Assembly: GCA_045599485.1 (NCBI GenBank)
Contig: JAZRWA010000115.1
Coordinates: 1-29,606, forward strand
DNA from: Clostridia bacterium
Lineage (GTDB): Bacteria; Bacillota; Clostridia; Christensenellales; Aristaeellaceae
Length of the DNA stretch: 29,606 nucleotides
Direction: 5' to 3'
A program made the position numbers and the translations under genes. This document shows positions 9,481-16,797 of the stretch, one piece after another (the first letter of the stretch is position 1; every line of letters begins with the position of its first letter). The notes beneath the pieces are model-generated. The model did no database searches and was not told the DNA's origin. It saw only the letters and a program-made list of their open reading frames with translations.

Positions 9481-10608
9481 TCAGATCCCCCTCTTTTCTT
9501 TTTCAAACTGTTTCATGGTATCAATGAGCCGGTTCACGCCTTCCATCGGCATGCCGTTGTACAGGCTGGCGCGGCAGCCGCCCACAACGCGGTGACCCTT
9601 CAGGTTGATCATGCCCTTTGACTTTGCCAGTGCCAGAAAATCGGCGGTGTCCTGCGGCGTAGGCAGTGTAAAGGTCACGTTCATGATCGACCGGTCCTCT
9701 TTGGCCACCGGGTTGCGGAACAGAGCGGAATTGTCGATAAAGTCATACAGCGCGCCAGATTTTTCGCGGTTGAGGGCTTCCAGTGCTTTGACGCCGCCCA
9801 TTTTTTCGACCCACTCGTACATCAGCCCCGCCATATAAATGGAAAAGGTCGGAGGGGTGTTGTACATGGAATCGTGATCGGCCGCCACCTTGTAGCGCAG
9901 CATGATGGGCACCACAGGGTCGATCTCCCTTTCCAGCAGGTCCTTGCGGAGGATGACCACCGCCAGACCCGCAGGGCCCATGTTTTTCTGCGCGCCCGCA
10001 TAGATGAGCGCGTAATCCGGCACATCGATCCAACGGCCCAGAATGGCGCTGGACCAGTCCGCCACCAGCGGCACAAGGCTTTTTTCGCCGTTTGCCCCGG
10101 GCAGCACCTCGGAGGGCAGCTTGCTTCTCAGATCGTTATAGCAGGTACCGAAGATGGTGTTGTTGCCCGTGATGTGCAAAAACTTCGCGTTTTCAGGCAG
10201 CTTTTCCACCGCGGGAATGTAGCTGAAGGCCGCCTCCTTGGAGCTGGAGACCGCCACGGCATGGCCCCAGCGGGCGCCCTCCTCCATCGCTTTGCCGGCA
10301 AACTGACCCGTCACGGCATACGCCAGGGTCTCGCCCTGCTGCGCCAGATTCATGGCCGTCATGGAAAACTGCGTGGTGGCGCCGCCCTGCAAAAACAGGA
10401 TCTCATAGTCTTCCGGAATACTCATGATGCGCCGGAGCGTATCCTTGGTGCTGTGCAGGATCTGTTCAAAAGCAGGGGTGCGGTGGCTCATTTCCATCAC
10501 CGAGCAGCCCGCACCGGGATAACAGAGCAGCTGCTCCTGTGCTTTTTTCAGCACCTCCACGGGCATCTGACTGGGGCCGGCGGAAAAATTATAGACTCGC
10601 TCTTCCAA
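9481..10608 (-). CDS. serC: Phosphoserine aminotransferase
   Basis: YNFSAGPSQMP N-terminus, PLP-lysine motif GAQKNMGPAGL. Preferred start is TTG 10608, 8 nt after GGAGG, which gives M-EERVYNFSAGP as in known SerC. The alternative ATG at 10623 lacks an RBS. Confidence 0.9.
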   Translation of the reverse strand: MEERVYNFSAGPSQMPVEVLKKAQEQLLCYPGAGCSVMEMSHRTPAFEQILHSTKDTLRRIMSIPEDYEILFLQGGATTQFSMTAMNLAQQGETLAYAVTGQFAGKAMEEGARWGHAVAVSSSKEAAFSYIPAVEKLPENAKFLHITGNNTIFGTCYNDLRSKLPSEVLPGANGEKSLVPLVADWSSAILGRWIDVPDYALIYAGAQKNMGPAGLAVVILRKDLLEREIDPVVPIMLRYKVAADHDSMYNTPPTFSIYMAGLMYEWVEKMGGVKALEALNREKSGALYDFIDNSALFRNPVAKEDRSIMNVTFTLPTPQDTADFLALAKSKGMINLKGHRVVGGCRASLYNGMPMEGVNRLIDTMKQFEKEKRGI

Positions 10609-10630
10609 AGCATTCGCCTCCATCCTGCTG

Positions 10631-10659
10631 AAAAACGGACCGGAACGCCGCCCGATCCG
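10631..10659 (-). promoter_or_regulatory. Terminator-like hairpin in the serC leader (possible attenuator)
   Basis: Minus-strand RNA cggaucgg/ccgguccg (8 bp including one G-U) followed by UUUUU. Lies between the promoter and the start codon. Confidence 0.3.
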
Positions 10660-10692
10660 TTGCATAGAACCTGTACATTCAGATTATCGCCC

Positions 10693-10721
10693 ATTATAAC
10701 CTCTATATAAAATCGCGTCAA
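10693..10721 (-). promoter_or_regulatory. Sigma-70-type promoter for serC-serA
   Basis: Minus strand TTGACG (10721-10716), 17 nt, TATAAT (10698-10693). Confidence 0.6.
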
Positions 10722-10888
10722 GCCCGCTGCCGCCCCGCCCGGGCATAAAAGCAAAAAACATACAATTCATGGGCAGGCGGAGGAAAAAGCCCATCACAAA
10801 ACGCCCTTGCGTATCTGTCGGAAAAAATCTCCGGCAGCGCAAAGGCGTCCATTTTTCACAGAAGGCAGCCGTTTTTCAGGTAAGCTTC

Positions 10889-10930
10889 GGGGCGGGCACA
10901 CTTTTCGGATCTGAAAAGCGTACCCGCCCC
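10889..10930. repeat. Two-tier palindromic hairpin element downstream of the multi-FMN gene
   Basis: Outer stem ggggcggg/cccgcccc, inner stem cttttc/gaaaag, right internal loop cgta. Same architecture as the elements at 19289, 19551, 23101, 23278 and 29460. No clear U-tract on either strand. Confidence 0.6.
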
Positions 10931-10947
10931 AAGGATTGATTTTATTC

Positions 10948-13900
10948 TTACAGGATCACGGGATTCTTTTCCGCTTCGGGAGCGGGAGCTTCCTCGGCAG
11001 GAGCGTAAGCGTTGTTGATGGCTTCCGCCACGGCATTGCTGGTGCAGGTCGCACCGGCGATCATTTCCACTTCGGTCACAGGCAGGCTCTTGCCCACATA
11101 GCTCTGGGCAAAGGCTTCGTCCAGCGCCTTGGCGCCATAGCCTTCGGTCTCGCAGAAATCGGCATCGCCGATCTTGAGGGCGGCAATGGCGTCACCGGAA
11201 ACGGTCACTTCCACGACCACGGGACCCATGAAGCCGCGGGCGCAGCCGGTCAGCACAACGGGTTCCTCGGTGGTGGCAGGAACGACTTCTTCGGTCACAG
11301 CAGGAGCCGCTTCCTCGGTCGCTTCGGGAGCAGTCACAGCGGCTTCTTCCTTGGCTTCCACAGCGGGAATGATCACGGGATTCTTTTCAGCCTCGGGAGC
11401 GGCGGCTTCCTCGGCAGGAGCATAAGCGTTGTTGATGGCGGCGGCAACGGCCTTGCTGGTGCAGGTGGCACCGGCAATGATCTCCACATCGGCGTCCGTC
11501 AGGGGCAGCGCCTTGCCCACATAGCTCTGGGCATAGGCCTCATCCAGCGCTTTGGCGCCGTAGCCTTCGGTCTCGCAGAAGGCATCGCTGCCGATCTTCA
11601 GAGCGGTAATGGCATCGTTGGCAACGGTCACTTCAACGGCGACCTCACCCATGAAGCCACGGGCGCAGCCGTTCAGCACGACAGCTTCCTCGGTGGTGGC
11701 GGGAACGACTTCTTCGGTCACAGCAGGGGCCGCTTCCTCGGTCGCTTCGGGAGCAGTCACAGCGGTTTCTTCCTTGGCTTCCACAGCGGGGATGATGACG
11801 GGATTCTTTTCGGCCTCGGGAGCAGCGGCTTCCTCGGCGGGAGCATAAGCATTGTTGATGGCGGCGGCGACAGCCTTGCTGGTGCAGGTGGCACCGGCGA
11901 TGATCTCCACATCGGCATCCGTCAGAGGCAGGCTCTTACCCACATAGCTCTGGGCATAGGCTTCATCCAGCGCCTTGGCGCCGTAGCCTTCGGTCTCCTT
12001 GAATTCGGCGTTGCCGATCTTCAGAGCGGTAATGGCATCGTTGGCAACAGTCACTTCAACGGCGACCTCACCCATGAAGCCGCGGGCGCAGCCGTTCAGC
12101 ACAGCGGCTTCGGCGGCAGCAGGGGCATCAGCCACGGGAGCTTCGGGAGCGGTCACAGGGGCTTCTTCCTTGGCTTCCACAGCGGGGATGATCACGGGAT
12201 TCTTTTCAGCCTCGGGAGCGGCGGCTTCCTCGGCAGGAGCATAAGCATTGTTGATGGCAGCGGCGACGGCCTTGCTGGTGCAGGTGGCACCGGCAATGAT
12301 CTCCACATCGGCATCCGTCAGGGGCAGGCTCTTGCCCACATAGCTCTGGGCATAGGCTTCATCCAGCGCCTTGGCGCCATAGCCTTCGGTCTCGCAGAAG
12401 GCATCGTTGCCGATCTTGAGGGCGGCAATGGCATCGTTGGCGACGGTCACTTCAACGGCGACTTCACCCATGAAGCCGCGGGCGGAGCCGTTCAGCACGG
12501 CGGCGGCGGGAGCGGCTTCCTTCTCGCCCACGGCGGGAATGATGACGGGGTTCTTTTCAGCCTCGGGAGCGGCGGCTTCCTCGGCGGGAGCATAAGCGTT
12601 GTTGATGGCGGCGGCGACAGCCTTGCTGGTGCAGGTGGCACCGGCAATGATCTCCACATCCGCATCGGTCAGGGGCAGGGTCTTGCCGATATAGCGCTGG
12701 GCATAAGCTTCATCCAGCACCTTGGCACCGCAGCCTTCGATCTCCTTGAATTCGTCGTTGCCGATCTTCAGGGCGGTGATGGCATTATCTTCGATGGTCA
12801 CTTCGACGGCGACCTCGCCCATGAAGCCGCGGGCAGCGCCCTTGACCGTGCCGGAGGCAGCGGCAGGAGCGGTAGTGGCTTCGGGAGCTTCGGGAGCGGC
12901 AGCGCTCATGGAGGCAAACGCCTCGTTGATGGCTTCCACAACGGCCTTGCTGGTGAAGGTGGCGCCGGAGATCATATCGACATCGCCCTCATTCAGAGGC
13001 AGAGCCTTGCCGATGAACTGACGCTGATAACCATCCGCCAGAGCCTTCTGGCCGAAGCCTTCGGTCTCCCTGAAGTTTTCATCACCGATCTTGATGGCCT
13101 CGATGGTGTTGTCGGCGGTCACGGCGATTTCAACGGCCACGGGGCCGGCGAAGCCCTGGGCGGAAGCGGCCACACGGGTACCCGCGGCGCTTTCGATATC
13201 GGGCAGTTCTTCGTTCATCACGGCGAAGGCGGCATTGATGGCTTCCACAACCGCCTTGCTGGTGAAGGTGGCGCCGGTAATGGCTTCCACATCGCCATCG
13301 TTCAGGGGCAGAGCCTTGCCGATGAACTGACGCTGGTAATCATCCTCAAGGGCCTTCAGGCCGAAGCCGGCGGTCTCATTGAAGTTGGCGTCACCGATCT
13401 TGATGGCTTCGATGGTGTTGTCCTCGGTCACGGCGATCTCCACCTTGACGGGGCCGGCGAAGCCCTGAGCGGAGGCAGAGGTACGCTCGCCCTTGGCATT
13501 CTCGATATCGGGCAGCGCAGCGGCGGCGGCACTGGCCTGCGCGGCATACGCTTCGGGGTCGGTCACATACAGCAGGATCTGGTTGACGGCCTTGTTGATG
13601 GCGGTACTGGTGATGGTGGCGCCGGACAGGGCATCCACTTCCTCGCCCAGAGCCGGCTGACCGGTCAGGCCGATGTACTGCGCCAGGTAGTCCGCACCGA
13701 TGCGGCCGCCGTAGTTGGGCGTTTCGGAGGAAACGTCCGCAACGATCTGGCCGATGAAGAATTCATCATTCACCAGCAGCTCCACGCGCACATCGCCGCC
13801 GAAGCCCGCCAGGCTGATGGCGTACCAGCCGTCGCCCAGCTCTTCCACATCGACCTGCGCGGTCTCGATGATGAAGCCGGCAACCTCACTCAGCGTGCCC

Positions 13901-14400
13901 ATGGCGTCATTGACACCGCGGATAACGGCCTTGGAAGTGATGGTGGCGGCCGTCAGGGCGTCGATCTCACCGCCGTCCTTGGACAGGGAGACAGGCGCGG
14001 TCTTGCCGGCAAACTGATCCTGGAAGGAAGCTTCCTTGGCACGAGCGCCCAGGCCGGCAGTTTCGGAGAAGTTGGCACCGCCCACGCTGATACCGGTGAT
14101 GGTACCATCGGGCTCCACACCCACGGTGATCTCGATCTCGCCGCCGAAGCCGTTGGTGGGCACGGTAGCGGTATAGCCGATCACCTCGCCGGCAGCATTC
14201 TTGGCGACATAAACATTGTTTTCCTCATCGTACTCAAAGCTCGTGGCCTCAGGCAGCAGCGCCTTGCGGGCCTCTTCCGCCTTGGCGGCGGTGTTGGCAT
14301 CGATCTGGGGCTTGGTCATGTTGTAGGTAGCAGCCAGCAGACCGGCGGCGATCACACAGATCAGGGTCAGCAGCAGCCAGGCGGGAATACGCTTCTTCAT
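10948..14400 (-). CDS. Membrane-anchored extracytosolic protein with nine tandem FMN_bind (RnfG/NqrC-type) flavinylation domains (1150 aa)
   Basis: RnfG-like N-terminus with one TM helix (MKKRIPAWLLLTLICVIAAGLLAATYNMTKP). Nine [ST/A][GA]AT-x-TS motifs, with the predicted flavinyl-Thr at residues 153, 262, 378, 481, 589, 706, 839, 979 and 1118. Pro/Ala/Glu-rich linkers. GGAG RBS. Immediately downstream of apbE in the same orientation. Confidence 0.9.
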   Translation of the reverse strand: MKKRIPAWLLLTLICVIAAGLLAATYNMTKPQIDANTAAKAEEARKALLPEATSFEYDEENNVYVAKNAAGEVIGYTATVPTNGFGGEIEITVGVEPDGTITGISVGGANFSETAGLGARAKEASFQDQFAGKTAPVSLSKDGGEIDALTAATITSKAVIRGVNDAMGTLSEVAGFIIETAQVDVEELGDGWYAISLAGFGGDVRVELLVNDEFFIGQIVADVSSETPNYGGRIGADYLAQYIGLTGQPALGEEVDALSGATITSTAINKAVNQILLYVTDPEAYAAQASAAAAALPDIENAKGERTSASAQGFAGPVKVEIAVTEDNTIEAIKIGDANFNETAGFGLKALEDDYQRQFIGKALPLNDGDVEAITGATFTSKAVVEAINAAFAVMNEELPDIESAAGTRVAASAQGFAGPVAVEIAVTADNTIEAIKIGDENFRETEGFGQKALADGYQRQFIGKALPLNEGDVDMISGATFTSKAVVEAINEAFASMSAAAPEAPEATTAPAAASGTVKGAARGFMGEVAVEVTIEDNAITALKIGNDEFKEIEGCGAKVLDEAYAQRYIGKTLPLTDADVEIIAGATCTSKAVAAAINNAYAPAEEAAAPEAEKNPVIIPAVGEKEAAPAAAVLNGSARGFMGEVAVEVTVANDAIAALKIGNDAFCETEGYGAKALDEAYAQSYVGKSLPLTDADVEIIAGATCTSKAVAAAINNAYAPAEEAAAPEAEKNPVIIPAVEAKEEAPVTAPEAPVADAPAAAEAAVLNGCARGFMGEVAVEVTVANDAITALKIGNAEFKETEGYGAKALDEAYAQSYVGKSLPLTDADVEIIAGATCTSKAVAAAINNAYAPAEEAAAPEAEKNPVIIPAVEAKEETAVTAPEATEEAAPAVTEEVVPATTEEAVVLNGCARGFMGEVAVEVTVANDAITALKIGSDAFCETEGYGAKALDEAYAQSYVGKALPLTDADVEIIAGATCTSKAVAAAINNAYAPAEEAAAPEAEKNPVIIPAVEAKEEAAVTAPEATEEAAPAVTEEVVPATTEEPVVLTGCARGFMGPVVVEVTVSGDAIAALKIGDADFCETEGYGAKALDEAFAQSYVGKSLPVTEVEMIAGATCTSNAVAEAINNAYAPAEEAPAPEAEKNPVIL
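10954..12840 (-). repeat. In-frame tandem repeat array: five near-identical FMN-domain-plus-linker units (417, 423, 396, 351 nt, plus a partial fifth)
   Basis: The marker gat(c/g)acggg(a/g)ttcttttc... recurs at 10954, 11371, 11794, 12190 and 12541. All unit lengths are multiples of 3. Encoded domains 7 and 8 differ at about 5 of about 110 residues. Confidence 0.9.
12910..13512 (-). repeat. Older in-frame tandem duplication: two 309-nt units encoding FMN domains 3 and 4
   Basis: gatggcttccacaac(g/c)gccttgctggtgaaggtggcgccgg recurs at 12928 and 13237 (103-aa period). The proteins PDIENAKGERTSASAQGFAGPV... and PDIESAAGTRVAASAQGFAGPV... align throughout. Confidence 0.8.
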
Positions 14401-14449
14401 GTGCGTCCATCTCCATTGTTTTGTTTATTGAAAGGTTTCCCCATTGGAA

Positions 14450-15487
14450 TCATTGGGTAAAGGGCAGATACGTTTTGAAGCCGGTCGTCCAGAAGACGTT
14501 GCCGTCCTCCTCCACCCACATGGCTTCGGCGTCGTATTTTTCAAGCAGGGGCAGCGCGTCCTCCGCGCTCATCAGGTACAGCGCGGTGGAAAGGGCATCG
14601 CCGATGCCGCTGTCCGCGCAGATGATGGTCACGGCCTTGTACCGGCGGGCCGGCATCAGGGTATCGGGATCGATAATGTGGTGGTAGTTGACACCATCCA
14701 CGGTGTAAAAGCGCTGATAGTCACCGCTGGTCACGACGGAACCCTCCGTCATGCTCAGGGTCGCCAGGTAGCTGTTGCTGTAGGGATCAAAGGGATCGGT
14801 CACCCCCACGGTCCATTTGGCGCCGTCCGGCTTGGCCCCATGCACCAGCACGTTGCCGCCCACACTGATCAGATACCCCTCCGGAAAATCCCTGCAGGAT
14901 AGCTCTGCGGCATAGCCCTTGGCCAGGGCACCCACATCCAGCCTTGCTTCGGGATCGGTCAGCCGCACGGTGCACGCCTCGGGATCGATCTGAAGCAGAT
15001 CCATGCCCGTATGCCGTGCAGCCTCAGCCAGCACCTCCGCGTCCGGCAGATACGCCTTGTCCGGATGCGCGATGCCGTATTCACGTGCCTCATGCCACAC
15101 ATTCAGCACCGCGCCCAGCGTGACGTCGACGCGTCCCGCGGTCAGCACCGCCACCTCGCGGGCAAAGAGCAGAAAATCGATCATCTCTTTGCTGACGCTG
15201 ACCGGCTCACCGCCCGCGGCATCGTTGACGGTCTTGAGGTTGTTGACCCCCTCATAATCGTTGTAGATGTCAAACAGGGCGTTATAGGTCCGCATCGATT
15301 GCGTAAACCGCTCCACCTCTTCATCAAAGGCGGCACGTGATTCGGCATAGCCCATCACATAGGTCACGGTGTCAAACAGATCGAGCAGCGTGGTCTGAAA
15401 GCGCACGGGTGCTCCGCCGGCTCCGGCGGGGACAGCTCCCATCAGCAGAATCAGCGCCGTCATCAGGCACAATATCTTCCGCTTCAT
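14450..15487 (-). CDS. apbE: ApbE-family FAD:protein FMN transferase, secreted or membrane-anchored (345 aa)
   Basis: N-terminal signal/anchor MKRKILCLMTALILLMGAVPAGA. ApbE motifs ISVGGNVLVHG, TSGDYQRFY, HHIIDPDT. ATG 15487 follows AAGGAA. The track ORF extends to an upstream GTG with no support. Confidence 0.88.
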   Translation of the reverse strand: MKRKILCLMTALILLMGAVPAGAGGAPVRFQTTLLDLFDTVTYVMGYAESRAAFDEEVERFTQSMRTYNALFDIYNDYEGVNNLKTVNDAAGGEPVSVSKEMIDFLLFAREVAVLTAGRVDVTLGAVLNVWHEAREYGIAHPDKAYLPDAEVLAEAARHTGMDLLQIDPEACTVRLTDPEARLDVGALAKGYAAELSCRDFPEGYLISVGGNVLVHGAKPDGAKWTVGVTDPFDPYSNSYLATLSMTEGSVVTSGDYQRFYTVDGVNYHHIIDPDTLMPARRYKAVTIICADSGIGDALSTALYLMSAEDALPLLEKYDAEAMWVEEDGNVFWTTGFKTYLPFTQ

Positions 15488-15598
15488 TGGCTTTATTTCC
15501 TTTTCAAAATGGTTATTTCTTTGGGTTTTCGATCCGAAAGAAACCGGCTTCACCCGCGCATGGGTATAAAAAGCCCTTGTTTCCCGGTTCGGTATTTC

Positions 15599-15627
15599 AT
15601 TATAACAGAAATTGCCCCTCTGTACAA
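15599..15627 (-). promoter_or_regulatory. Sigma-70-type promoter for the apbE / multi-FMN operon
   Basis: Minus strand TTGTAC (15627-15622), 17 nt, TATAAT (15604-15599). Leader of about 105 nt. Confidence 0.5.
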
Positions 15628-15703
15628 CACCAAAAAACGCGTTTTACACAAATTAAGCATTTTGGGCTGCCGCACCTCTCCCGGGACGAAGAGGGGGCGT
15701 CAA

Positions 15704-15732
15704 TTGACTTTTTTTCTTTGCCTTGCTATACT
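15704..15732 (+). promoter_or_regulatory. Sigma-70-type promoter for mfd (divergent from apbE)
   Basis: TTGACT (15704-15709), 17 nt, TATACT (15727-15732). Confidence 0.6.
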
Positions 15733-15819
15733 GAACGTACCCGCGCGGGGGGGAGGTGTCTCCCCTGAGCGGGCTCTTTGAGTGTAACGGCGCCGCCGCG
15801 CCGAATTGGAGGGGAAAGC

Positions 15820-16728
15820 ATGAGCGTACTGGACAGACTGATCCGCAGCGACAAGCTCAGCGAGCTGCTGGAGGCGGCCAAAAACGGCGCTGCCTCGGCC
15901 TATGAGGTCAGCGAGGGCGCGCGCGCAGCGCTGGCCGCGGCCGTAACGCTGGCGTCCGGCCGGCAGGTGATCGCCGTCTGCCCTTCCGAAAGGGAAGGCG
16001 CCGCGCTGGCCGAGGACGCCCGTCAGCTGGGGGTCAATGCCGCCGCGCTGCCCGCCCGTGAAAGGCAGTTTGCCCGTTCGGTCGCCAGCCGGGATGCCAG
16101 CTGGCAGCGTGTCAGCATGCTGGGCGCCCTGCGTCGCGGCGAAACACGCCTTTTGTTTATCTCCGCCGACATGCTTTTGTGGAAGACCACGCCCCCGCAG
16201 AAGTGGGAAATGATGAGTGCCCCCCTCGAGACCGACGCCGAGATGGACCCCAAGGCCCTCCTCCGGCATCTGATCTCCGCCGGCTACGAGCGTGTGGAAA
16301 TGGTGGAAGGCCGCGGCCAGTGCGCCCTGCGCGGCGCCATTCTGGACGTCTTTCCGCCCGACAGCCTCAACGCCCTGCGCATTGAGTTTTTTGACAATAC
16401 CATCGATTCCATCCGTTCCTTTGACTGCATCACCCAGCGTTCGGTGGAGCATCTGCATTCCGTGTGCATCAGCCCCGCCGCCGAATACGTATTGACCCCG
16501 CCCGAAAAGGCCGAAGCGGGCGCACGCATGCACTCGCTGCTGGAAAGCGCGCAGGAGCGCTTCCGCGGCACGGCAGATGGCCTTTCCGCCCTTCTGGCCG
16601 ATGCCGAAACGCTTCAAAACGGCGGTGCCCTGGCCCAGATGGACCTGTGGGCCGGCGTGCTGATGCATCAGACCGCGCCCTTGACCGCCTGGCCGCAGCA
16701 GCCCATCGTGCTGATCTTTTCGCCGTAG
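15820..16728 (+). CDS. mfd: Transcription-repair coupling factor Mfd, N-terminal segment, ending at an in-frame TAG (16726-16728)
   Basis: ATG 15820 after GGAGGGG. UvrB-homology-type N-terminal region. Same reading frame as the 16798..19284 ORF. Confidence 0.85.
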   Translation: MSVLDRLIRSDKLSELLEAAKNGAASAYEVSEGARAALAAAVTLASGRQVIAVCPSEREGAALAEDARQLGVNAAALPARERQFARSVASRDASWQRVSMLGALRRGETRLLFISADMLLWKTTPPQKWEMMSAPLETDAEMDPKALLRHLISAGYERVEMVEGRGQCALRGAILDVFPPDSLNALRIEFFDNTIDSIRSFDCITQRSVEHLHSVCISPAAEYVLTPPEKAEAGARMHSLLESAQERFRGTADGLSALLADAETLQNGGALAQMDLWAGVLMHQTAPLTAWPQQPIVLIFSP

Positions 16729-16797
16729 CACTGTCTGGAGCGCCTGCGGGATGCCCGCAATGGCTTTGAAAACGAGCTGGCGCAGGCCATCGAACGC

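Noticed and set aside
10954-12840. Regular 351-423-nt repeats, considered as a possible CRISPR or other non-coding array
   Set aside because: The period is far too long. There is no short-repeat/unique-spacer organisation. All unit lengths are multiples of three, and the repeats translate into intact FMN_bind domains within one ORF.
10936-14460. 1174-aa ORF on the + strand, the longest in the track
   Set aside because: It is the antisense shadow of the minus-strand multi-FMN gene. It is a Gly/His/Leu-rich low-complexity translation with no RBS and no recognisable domain. It mirrors the repeat structure only because the sense strand is repetitive. Long antisense ORFs are expected at this GC content.
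10948-15487. Listeria-type flavin-based extracellular electron transfer locus (ndh2, eetA, eetB, dmkA/B, fmnA/B, pplA)
   Set aside because: Only the ApbE (FmnB-like) and FMN_bind components are present. No NDH-2, EetA/B, quinone-biosynthesis or flavin-transport genes are in the window, so I do not call it that system.
16726-16728. Pyrrolysine as the explanation for the in-frame TAGs
   Set aside because: This is not supported by anything in the window. There are no pyl genes or methylamine methyltransferases here, and mfd and ttcA-like genes are not known Pyl proteins. I kept it only as something to test genome-wide, not as a claim.
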